A stretch of DNA of 64,000 nt from Rhodosorus marinus CCMP1338 (lineage: Eukaryota > Plantae > Rhodophyta), in NCBI GenBank assembly GCA_029953675.1, contig JAMWBK010000002.1:1922001-1986000 (forward strand). Reading direction: 5' to 3'. The position numbers were made by a program, and so were the translations under genes. The notes below the pieces were generated by a model. It searched no databases, was not told the DNA's origin, and saw nothing but the letters and a program-made list of their open reading frames with translations. How positions within the stretch are numbered: the stretch's first letter is position 1; each line of letters begins with the position of its first letter. This document shows, in pieces, positions 12,863-23,800 of the stretch.

Positions 12863-14663
12863 TTTTTTGTACACTAGCACAAAGACTGCATTCAAAAGCT
12901 TTCACAACATCATCCCCAATCCAATAGCTCCGAAAACCAGCGTCCAACCAAACTCATAGAGCCGCTGACTCAGAATCCAACAGCTCAAACTTCCATAGGC
13001 CTTTTCTCCAACTAGCTAATCTAATTAAGCCATCCCGTTCCCCACCAGAACAACACAATCCGTTACTCTCCCGCGCTTTTACAACAATCAACCTCAAAAC
13101 CGCACACACACCTCCCAGCGCTCAAAGCACACCCCCTCAAACAGCTTGGGACCAACGAAAACGTTCCAGGCAAACAAAATCCAGGACAGGAAAACACTCA
13201 ACAGACTAAGAACCCTCAGCTTTAAAACCAAACCCTCATGAACGTCATAAGACCACCCAAACCCGACCTATCGGTCTAATGCCGCTTAAACAAGTCGTTT
13301 TCTTACTCGTTTTCCTTCAGACCACAGGATCAGTACTGATATCCACAAAGACCATCAGGTTTTCAGATGAATACTCATCTACTAGCACTAGCCTATAATA
13401 CACAATGAAAAAAAAAAAAAAGACACTGACATTCTCTTCTCGTTGTAACAAGTCTCTCTTCACTCCCACTCAACTCGAGTCCCATCTTGCCCGTTATGAA
13501 AACCTCTTTCCAAACAAAAATCCTTCATTGCCGTTTCGTCTCAATCCAATTTCCATCTAAAATATTCAGAGAACAGGTTTTAGTCTGGATTAAAAATGGA
13601 CCCATTGTAAAGATCTCAAAAAAGGAAGGCTTTTTTCTTTTTTTTTCTCAGAGCTAAAACAAAAAAAATTTAATTTAAAACTTTTAAGTAAATTTACTTT
13701 TGTGTGCAACCGATCAACATGAGAGCGGCGAGCTCGTCGTGGGGGTAGTGTGACACTGTCTCTCGCATGGATTGTTGTTGTTGTTTTCTGAACTGGGTTT
13801 GTGGAAGCCAATTTTTGGAATTTAGTGGCAGACAGTCATGGGTGAGAGTAGTAGTGGAACAGAGGGAGTTGAAGGCCTATAGCGTCAGGGGGGTTGTTTG
13901 GTCTGAAGTTGAGCTGTCTGAAGTTCGCGGGATGGGTCTGTTTGTTTTTGAGGGGGGGAGGGGGGGAGGGGGCGTCTAACCCTGATGCATCACTCCCCGC
14001 ACTATGCTGGCCAAGAAGAGATGGTGATTGAGGCCTTGGCTTGCGACTGGCCAGTAGTTGAGTCTAGTCTAATTCTTCCGCCGTAGTTTAAGTTCCTTGT
14101 GCTGTCGAACAACCCACTGGCAGGATGAAGAACCCCGATGAGACCATTTTCCCCCACTTAAAACAAGGTTGTAAAAAAACTTTTGTAAAAAAGCTGATCT
14201 TGACAATATTGAATTTCAGAAGTAAAACATAGAGTTTTCTTCTAAGTAAAAACGATGTTCCGACATTCTCACGGTTAGGGGGGTAGGGAGGTAGGGAGGA
14301 GTTTATTAGAAAACTCGCTCACAGAAAAAGAAAAACTACGATTTTTGTGTAGGAAATATGAACATATATATGGGAAACATTATTATTAAAGCTGCTATTC
14401 ACAGAATTGCAATAAATATATCTTTTTAGTTCTCTTTTCTCTAAACCTCTAGCGAGGAGACGGTGGTATGGGGGAATTCTCACCTGTTTTGGTCTTTTTG
14501 ATTGAGCGGTTGTATTGATTGATGCTAGTCTTATGGCCGTTATCGAGTAAGCAGGATAAGCATTGGCGGGGCTGGTAGGGTAGAGCAGGACCGATGGCGC
14601 GGTTCGAGACTGGCGCTTGTTGGCTTCCAGTGCCCGCATGTGTGTGTTTATTTTTTCCTTGAA

Positions 14664-15186
14664 ATGGACAAGACTTCCTTGCCTCCAATAGGAAGTGGAA
14701 CGAGTCGTAGTTTTGTAGTTCTTGGAGTTTGGGATTTAGTTAGGTAATAAAACCTGACGCAAGTCAAAAGAGTTTAAAAGCGTGCGCACAGACGCACAGA
14801 CGCACGCTTTTCTGCGTAGGACCGCGGTCCGGTTTTCTTTGGCTTTTACTTTTCAAATGACTGTTTCTCTATGGTGTGGAGCGTTGCAAGTTACCGCCTT
14901 TTACCTGGTGGATTACCATCGTGCTCAATACGTCCAGGGGTAGATACCTGCCCCATGCTGAACTCGTACGAACCAGCTTGAAATAGATTGATCTTGCCAT
15001 TCTGAAGATGTCCAGGTCCGGCTACAAACTTCTGGTTAAGGACCATTGCAGAAGCCCTCAGGGTAACCAGAACAAACCCCCAGTGCTAAAGTAGTCGGTT
15101 TGCATTGTTCCGGCACAATTCTTGGCTGAGAACTGCAGAACGAGTTGAACCAGACGTACGGTGCTGGTGCCAGAACCGCTTCATAA
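14664..15186 (+). CDS. Small (~100 aa) four-exon hypothetical protein with a hydrophobic central segment
   Basis: ATG 14664. Three phase-compatible introns of ~68-76 nt (gtaata..cgtag 14744-14819; gtagat..ctgaag; gtaacc..ctgcag) give an open frame MDKTSLPPIG...VRTAVRFSLAFTFQMTVSLWCGALQVTAFYLVDYHRAQYVQGCPGPATNFWLRTIAEALRNELNQTYGAGARTAS*. Confidence 0.6.
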
Positions 15187-15692
15187 GCTGTTGAACAGAA
15201 CTGCAAAGAGGCGCTGTCCTCCAGCACATGTCGGATATGAGCACGTTGATGAAAACTTCTTGCTTATTATATCAATCCTTGAGAGCTTGAGAGATGCATC
15301 AGACTTTGCTTATAAGCATATAGGCAGTTGTTTAGAGACGGTTCTCTGGTTGGAGACTAATCTCAGGGGGAGACCATCGAACGCGGACCTTGTGGAGTGT
15401 TAGCCAGTTGATACAAGTGGATGTTTGGATTGCTGTCAGCTGGAATGGCCCGCGTTCTACTACGAGGGCCATTCCTTTTCGCGAGCATAACAGCATTCTT
15501 CGTTAAGTAAATGTTCGAGTCCACGGGCACGGCAAGAAAGGAAGAAATAAGAACTTGAACTAATATTTATTAAACAATTTGCGATGTTCGCCGAACTATA
15601 TCCGCCGAAGACGGATATACTTGTTTTGCCCATGAACCCATGCAATACCGGGCGGGCAGCAGGTGATCATCTATATTTTCAGTTGGAGTTGT

Positions 15693-16390
15693 TTAAGCGA
15701 CACTGAAGTGCCTACTACGATCACGGCCCAAATCCGGTTTGCCACATAACGGCCGTTCATTTTCCTGCTCGACCAGCAGGTGAGGCGGAACAAAGTTTAC
15801 CATGTTACTCTTAGAAGGTCGAATTTGCACTTCACTGGACTCCTTTCGAGGCAGCTCGGGAGCGTACTGCACATGGTCGAAGAATTGTCATCAGAACAAG
15901 TTCTTCAGATGCTATTTTTTGCACAACTGACGTGGTCTTGCTTACCGAAATTCGCCTGCGCAGAGGCTGGTCTGCCTCCGACATATCTATCATGGCCGAA
16001 GTGGCCGATACCGTACCGAAAATATCATCATCCTCATCGCAAGAAAAAACAAAATCATCCGCAAGGTGATCAAGACGTATCCGAACCACGTGTTCTTCCT
16101 CCTGAGCGTCGAGGAAATCAGTGACCGTTTGCCTGTTTTCATCTCGCTCTCCAAGCTCTATGTCCACTGGCTCAGTTAAACCACGCTCTTGCTGTAGATC
16201 ATGAAACAGACAAACGAGAACATATGAGATCAAGCGCTGACGATGCTTGTTGGCAGCTCCGAAATTCTTTCCATAGGTCAAAATCGAAACCATAACTCAC
16301 AAAGCTCACCTTGTCCTCAAGCGCCTTAATATCTTGCGCACTATGAGAGTTACGAAAACTCCATTCTGGAGTCCTCGTCTCACTCACCAT
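15693..16390 (-). CDS. Three-exon hypothetical acidic protein with a C-terminal FVPPH motif
   Basis: MVSETRTPEW...ALEDK|gtgagc..ctacag|QERGLTEP...RRIS|gtaagc..gtgcag|YAPELPRKES...NFVPPHLLVEQE...HFSVA*. Both introns are phase 0. Confidence 0.65.
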
Positions 16391-17330
16391 ACTGTAACTC
16401 GACGTGATAAAAATTGCAACTCAATCAGCCCCCCCCTTTACCCAAAAACTCCATAAAAAGCCTTATCTACCACAACACAAGAAACAAACTCTTTGTCCAG
16501 ACGGAGACGTACCAATACCTCCTCCAACCATCCGTAGATCCTCTAAAAAAAAACCCACAACCTCTCTTATCAGACCCTTATAAACCCCCCCCCCCTCCCG
16601 CGCCCTCCTCGACCGGGGACTGCTCGCCCCAAGTAAGCCCTTATATACCTTCCCCGTCCTCGTTGCTCTGTGGGAGAAAAACCCCGTTCGAAGCCCACCG
16701 AGGGGAATACACCTCAAAAAACAATTATATATGTCACCTCATATCTCAGAATGCAATCAAAATAAATCCTTTTCGTAAAACTAAGAAGGCGTTTATTTTG
16801 ACTAATAAGCTTTTTTTAAAATAAAATAGATGATGACCTATAACGATATCTTACATTCGTGAGGTCCAGTTAAGATTCCAATATTTTCAGTGTCACTAAT
16901 GAATTAATTTATTTTGTAATCTATTCGATCAAAATTGTACATATAGAAGCTTTGTTGTTGGCTTAAAAAGGGGTTTGGGACCGGGATTTTGATTGAGCTA
17001 GGTGAAACTTAACTAGAGTAGAGTATCTTCTCCGTATTCATGTTTTGGAATATTTTACGAATGGCAATAGGTGGAGTGAAACCGACGATATCGAAATCCA
17101 CTAGGAGAAAAAAAAAAGGCTTATCGGCTTGGGTAGGTTTTGTATTACGAAAAAAAAGGTTTTGGGAATGGTCGGAATTTGTTTTTTTAGAAAATGAAAG
17201 TAGTGAACGAACCCCTTTTTTTTTGATTGATTCATAATCCGGGCTACTCAGCACCGGAAAGGGTCTGGATCGGAAGCTAGTCGACGAGTGGCTGTGTTAG
17301 AGGTTGTACTAGGAGCCGATTACTCCAAGC

Positions 17331-17476
17331 ATGTCCTTTCTGATGTTAGGTGAGCTCCTTCTGGTGTAGTATCTGATCATTGACTCAAAAACACAAGTCA
17401 GTTTGTTGGCCAAAACAACTCGTCGCAGCTTTGTCCAATATCTTTGACTATGGTTGTGAGAGAGCCTCAGCATTAG
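17331..17476 (+). ncRNA. Candidate divergent U2-like spliceosomal snRNA
   Basis: Exact U2 branch-recognition 12-mer GTGTAGTATCTG (17364-17375), preceded at U2-like spacing by CCTTTCT (17335) and GCT (17354). It is followed by two adjacent hairpins positioned like stems IIa and IIb (17379-17402, 17403-17418), an Sm-like ATCTTTG (17440-17446) and a 3' hairpin. The canonical AAGATCAA linker is not conserved. Confidence 0.45.
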
Positions 17477-17899
17477 AATACTCCCTCCGCCTGATCTTTC
17501 CCGCGCCAAGAACCCGTGATAGAACCAGCAGCCGCAACACGTCAGCTCAACATAGTCAAGAAGAATAACATATCCCTCTGCAGGCTTCGACAGGAATCGA
17601 ACCGACGACCATTCAATAGTTGCCAACTCCTATTGCGTGTTGATAAAATAAACACTTACATCCTTACAATTCTTTGTATAGAAAAAATATTTTGCAGAAT
17701 AAATACGATATAGGAATTGAATATACGTTTTTATTATTGATAAATCGGATTCATTATTCGGGTGCATCGGCGGCAACCGTACCCAATGTCATTGTGGTGA
17801 GTTCTCTTTGCATACTGTGGGCTTTTGCGGTTTGCTGCTGAACGACGAACACTTCTGGTGTAGGAATGAGGAGCCGTCGAAGAAAATGAAAACTTGAAG

Positions 17900-20800
17900 A
17901 TGGCCAATATATCTGTGAAGTCTTTCGATGAGAAAGCAGGCAGATACAAGGTAAGCGTTTGTACATAGATGTGTTCTGGTTCGTAGTCTGCTTTGGTAGG
18001 AATCGAATAAATGCTTACCGCGGAGGGCAATCGTGCGTTTCGTTGCGTCTAGTTTTTGACACTGAAAGAGAGGCTCGATCGAGTAAATGTTCGACCGGCT
18101 GCACAATCTGCTGTGATGTGAGCTTGTCACTCGACCAACTCACTTTTTGAACTGGTTTAGCTGATGTCTGTTTCTCTCTTGAACTTCACAGAACTGGAGG
18201 AACAGATGATGACACATCATGGACCCATTTTAAGGAGACGCTGGATAGATGGAGAGAACTTGATCTATCGTCGGGATACAGGATCTTCTTCAGATCTGTT
18301 CAACCACTGTCTTTGTCTCTACCAGTCCTCTACTTCAATCGGAAGAAGGTATCTAGCAATCAGCCTGCAATGCGTGCATGATGCCGAGAAATTCTAGTTT
18401 TTCCTCAGAAGGCAGTCTTTCGCGACAGGTTCTAAAGAGACTCTGTGATGAAATCCGCTCACCGGGAACCAAGTCAATTCCAGCCCTATGCGAGCTTGTT
18501 GCCGCGCTCGCTAGAGATCTTGGTGCCGCAGAGTTCATGCCGTCATTCGGCGATGTCGTTGCGACTTTTAGCGCCGTTCTTCACGCGCCCAACGACGGAA
18601 CGCGTAAGTATCACTTCAGTTTTGTCCGGCGGACGCGGAGACTCATTATCACAAACTGAACTTCACATAGGAGAAAGTGTTTTCTGGGACCCAACGAAGG
18701 TTGTCCGGCCAGTGTTCGACGCTGTTGGGCGAGTATCAAGATTGTTCGCTCGGTGGATGATTAAGAACGCGAAGGGCGCTTTTGAAAGCCTCTCTTTGCT
18801 TCTCAATTCGGAAGACGAGAGATTGAGATTGCTCACTGCGGAATCTTCTATAGGCTACTTACTCCGAAAATGTCGAGATCGCGAAGAAATCTCGCCAGTT
18901 CTCGAACTGGTCTTTCAGAGTGCCGCGGCAACACTCTGCATCTTCGAGGGCATGAGGGGAGCGAAATCCCAGCTTACGTTCATCGCACCAACTCTGCTGG
19001 AGGTTGCCTTGGATATTAGCGCGGAAAACCTTGACAGGTTCTCCATTCTCTGGAACGCAATGAGCAAATTGGCCGAGCACGTACAGAGCAAAACTGACGC
19101 TGCTCCAATCACCGAAGTTTTGGTAGCTTCTACTACGTTGGCGTTGAACAGTGTTAGAGACCATCCTAGTATGTCCCCGGGAGCACTTCCGCCGCGACTC
19201 TTCCTCGTTCGGCAATGGTAAGAGGCCTGGATCAGTTATCGTTCTACTAAGAACTGCCGGGACAAGTCCTGCGAGCCTTAAACTTCTTTTGAGTCGCCGG
19301 TCCTTAGTTCGGTGTCTGTTTCTTGCCCACAACCTGGCAGGCTTTCTTATCGCGCCGGCAAGCTCGTAACTATGGAAGAGAGCGACATTTTTGTGAAGCA
19401 CCTTGTACAGTATGTGCGCGAGTACGAAGGTAGCAGTCTTGAACCAGCAATTTATGTTGTCGAGGCACTTGGAACGCTTCTCCGCTGGCATGTGGCTATG
19501 TATTTATTGTGCGCAAGAACCGTTTCTGCCGCAGTTGCGGAGCAGAGAATCAGCTGGAAACTTGGTTATCGCTTTGTATACTTGACCCGGGAATTCATGC
19601 CAGTTGAGCCTTTGGTAGGGGTGGCTTTGGAGTGCGCGAAACTCCATTCCAACGCTTTCGCTGGCGAAGCGACTGCAATCAATGAAAAACGCGATGGACA
19701 ACCTTGGAGAGCGCCTATCCACATTCTCAGGTCGATACTCCAAGAAAGGAGCGATACAGGCAAGTATGAGCAAACAAGTTGAAAGGAGGGAACTAGGCCC
19801 ACCCTTTAGAGACTCCCTTTCCCCAAACCAAAGAACAGTAGCTGACTTTTCGAGCTCTGTGTTTCATGCAACTGACTCAGACTCTACGGTGAGCAAGTCG
19901 TCAATAGAATGGACCAGCATTGTGCAGAAAGCGATCCAGTCTGGTGACCAGGAGCAACTAAAATCGGCACTCGAAGTGTGCTGCTTTGTAACGCTCTCGA
20001 ATGGCCTTGAGCTTCTCTCGAAAGCTGTTGATCACAGGGGCAGCACGGACCTGAAAGCCCTTTCCTTGAAGGCAATGGCTCGACAAGGCCACTCTGATGA
20101 TGAAAAGCTGTGCAAAGTAAGGTGCAAAAGTTGCCTCAGCGCGTGGCAAGTGCTCCCCTCTTAACCGCTCACACGTTCCTGCTCCTCTTCATTTTTCTAC
20201 GCAGTCTGCATTGAAGCTCCTGAGATCTGCACCTTCAAATTCCAACGTATTGGAGGCTTGTATTTGCTTCAATGTTTCTAAATTCATTGAAGCGGAAGAT
20301 GTGCTCAACCTTGTATACTTGAACATGCTCAACGACGATAGAGGTGTGCTCTTGTCCACTTTGAGGTACGTGCTGCAGTCTGCCTTGTAAAACCAGGAAA
20401 CGGATCCTGCTCGTTGAAGTGGGGAGGTTGCTTACCATAACAGATTCTGCGTGCAGATTATTGATGAATACTTACGAAGGAGACCGGAAGATACTATTTG
20501 AGCTGTGCTACGAAGTGGAAACAAGCGAGATGGGTCCAGCAGCAATCGACAATACAAAGCATTTGGTCTCACGCCTGCAAATGCTCGTAGACCGTGGACT
20601 GGATCCGCGAGAAGTGGAGTTTCTTGCCTGCTTCTCACTGGCAACCATGAAGAGCAGATTCACTCCCCCATGGAAGGAAGCGTCCTCTCTATGGTGCAAG
20701 TGCTATACTAAGCTCGCAGAGGAGTCATGGCGTCACATGGAGACTTTGTTGAACAAGAGCTTGCAATCGAAACTGAACAGTGGTCAATTGAGTGTTCATG

Positions 20801-23800
20801 GCCACGGAGCGGAGAATGCGGAAAACCACGGTATCGACGTGACATCAACGAAGGCCGATTCAAGCTCAACTCCCTTTAGGAAGAGAAAAACGATGGTGGA
20901 TGTGCCTTCGGAGCCAAAGAAAATGAAGCGCGAGCAGAAAGAAGCAGCGCCACTTCTGGTCGAGTTTCAAGTTCTCGGTACCCAGATCGAGACTATTGCC
21001 TACTGGAAAACCGTGGAGCAGGAGGCGGAAGATGGTACAGAAGCACTTGCCCTTCACTTGCAACTGCTCAAGACCCTTGATGGGGATGGTACTGCGCTGA
21101 AGGATCATAGCAGACACTTTCTCCGAGAGGTTTTCCTGCGGACATCGGTGAGGGGAGACTTCATTGCAAGATCTACTGCGGATAAGCTTCTTCTGGTAAG
21201 TTAGCAGTGGATATCGTACAGCCGTGAATAGCTACGCGTAGAACTCGCTCAACCTGCCTATCTGAAACTTATGCAGGCGCAAGTAAGGCTCGTGGAAAAG
21301 CTTGGCGGACTACGGGTATGCAAGCAATACGAGATGGAAGATCCTGGACTGGAGCAAGAAATCCGCGATTCGATCTTGCGTACGATAAAGAGAACACCGG
21401 CAGAATTGCAGACGGCGGCGGTAAGCATCGACTGCTCCTGTTCTGCTGAGGCCAGCGATGTCGTACCAACCGTGCGTGTCCTCTGACTTAAACCGCCATT
21501 TTCTACTTTCATGCCACCTTGTCGATGTGACTTGAACAGGTTCGGGCATTACTCGCCTCACGCTCGCATCTTGACTCCGCGAAGGGTCTGCTCTTGAGTT
21601 TATGCGGAGATCAGAGCTTTCGCGAGAGCATAACCCTTCTGTCCTCGTCGTTCGCTGAGCTTGTGAATGGGAGCGAAGTTTTCAGATCTGAGCTGATCCA
21701 GGTGCTAGTTCGAATTCTCTTCGGCAAGGTCAATCAGAAGAAGGAGGCGCAAAAGCAGAGGCGAAAAGTCTGCCTTAGATTTATGGCTGAAAACTTCCTG
21801 CCAGGTGACATCGCGAGCTATATGGAATTGGGGCTTGAACCAGTTGCATCGCAAGGCGATGAGTTTGTGGCTAAACTATCCGTAAGTGAGGGCTTCACTC
21901 AGCATGCGTTTACACATGGAAGATACTCATTGACAAGTTTTTCCTCGACCACGCAGACACTAGCAGCCAGTGGCAACCGCGCCTTGGGATTTGATATTGA
22001 CGGAAGTGTGGCGGTTATGATGGGTGTGCTGAACTCAACCTTTGGAGTCGTGCAGGAGCTTGGCGTTTATCTTGACGAAGTTTTGTGGGATAGAGTCGCG
22101 AATACAGTAGGACTCATATGCACCTTCGCGTATGAGAGGTCCTGTGAAAACGAACAGCACAATCCGTATCGCAAAGATCTTCGCACTCAGTCTATAAAAG
22201 CAATGGCCGAGATCTTGCGGAAGAATCCAAGGGCAGGGGTTAGTCAAGAGTTTTGCCTGAGATCCGCGCTTTTTGTTCTCAAGCGCCCTCCCGTGTCTGA
22301 TAATCATCCTAATTCACCCTTGCAGGCTCCAGGACTCGTGGATCACCTTCTTGGCATCACTGAGGATGGCGTTAGACGCTTGCAAGTTTCGGGGGAACGG
22401 GCTCCAGCGCTGCTTTTGCTTTTATCATCAATGAGCGAAGATCCGAAGCTCCTACAAGAATCGATTTTGAAGCGCCCTTTCGCTGCACGGTCGGTTTTTG
22501 CGTTGCTTGAATCGGACACAACGAATCCTGAAAGTGCGTCGAAAGTATTGGACTTTTGCCTTCGAGTACTATCCCTTAGGGACGAGGATTCCGCAAACTA
22601 TTTTAAGGAGGTGATCAACGGCCTCACGAGTTTCCTTGAAAAGCGGGCCAAAGACCTTGGCGAAGCTAAGGCGCTGAACAAATGGCTTCCGTCCATCACG
22701 TTAGCGATCGGTGAGGACGAAACGGTATCGAAAGTCTCGATATTGCTCTGACCACATCTGAATTTGAAAATCCTCTTGCTTCTCATCCTTAGAGGGCGTT
22801 GGGGAGCTGTGCACGAGAATCGAGGAACCGGAGCTTGCCGGACAATTGCTCAAGTCGCTGGTACCGTTCATATCAATTGTTGGTAGGAATGAGAGAATCA
22901 GCGACAAAGAGATTTCCATACTCAATCAGGCAGTTGTCTCAGTCGGGAAGCTGCTTCTCAAGTTGGACTGCAACTACGAAGCCGAGAAGTCTGTCATTCT
23001 GAGCAAGTTCTCGATGATGTTCAGCCGAGAATGGGTAAGCAACCCGTTCAGGAACACACTGGATCTCTTGCAGGCATGCTTACGTACCTGGAGCTTTTTA
23101 TGTGCTACATCGATGGTTCCGAAAACAGATCGAGAAATCCAAAATCACGGATGATCATCTCTGCGAGGTGTTTAGACGATTCTCTCGTGACGACCTGAAG
23201 GCCATCGCGGACATTCTTCAGGCTATGAGTGCCGTTGAAGAGTTGTTGGACGAAAGCGCTGACTACGGAAAGCGACTAGGAGCTTACAATGCCGTTATCA
23301 ACTCTCTGAAGGACAGCGAAGGACTTGGTATTGACTTGGACGGTGTTCGTATCGGCGAGGATGCACTGATGCCTATTCTGCACCGTTGCGCGCTAGGATC
23401 TGTTTCGGATGATCCCACGACGAGAGGAACTGCCGGGTAACGAAGACCTCCGGTTTTGCTGAGAACTTTTGTACAGAACCGAACAACGGAGCTAAATCTG
23501 TTCCTGTCGAAATTTTGTTTTTTGGTTCCTAGGCTTCTTTTGTCAACTTTCGGGCAAAAATACTGCGGGACTGGCGCGGAGGGGAGACATATTGTGAGTC
23601 AGTTGATCGATCTGCTTCAAGAAAAATCGTTGCGCATGAAGACAACGGATCAGCGACGTGAACCTGTTCGAGTCTTGGGGGAGGTGGTTCGATCGCCGAT
23701 GATTGCAGACCTCCGAGAAAATGGATATCAACCGCTCGAAACAAACGGAATGCGTTTGGAGAACCAGATAAAATTCGCAATGAGCCTGTCGCCGCTGGCC

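Noticed and set aside
14565-14625. tRNA-like words GGTAGAGCA and GGTTCGAGA
   Set aside because: No acceptor stem or anticodon arm can be formed, and the spacing is too short for a cloverleaf.
14896-14906. GCCTTTTAC, identical to the invariant U5 snRNA loop 1
   Set aside because: A 9-mer is expected by chance about once per two such windows. The flanking stem is out of register, there is no downstream Sm site, and it lies in frame (TAFY) inside an exon of the 14664 gene.
15880-15910. Apparent tandem in-frame TGA TGA before FFDHVQ (possible readthrough or selenocysteine)
   Set aside because: Both fall inside a normal 79-nt intron (gtaagc..gtgcag) whose removal restores the frame.
17061-17420. 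Short spliced ORF MAIGGVKP...SAW|HRKGSG...HVLSDV|SFVQYL*
   Set aside because: Exon 2 looks protein-like, but the model ends after ~60 aa with no recognisable domain, and its second intron coincides with the U2-like element. It is kept only as the alternative explanation for that finding.
17734-18397. Several minus-strand ORFs of 60-113 aa
   Set aside because: They are antisense shadows of UTP20 exons 1-3, which match the known N-terminus on the plus strand.
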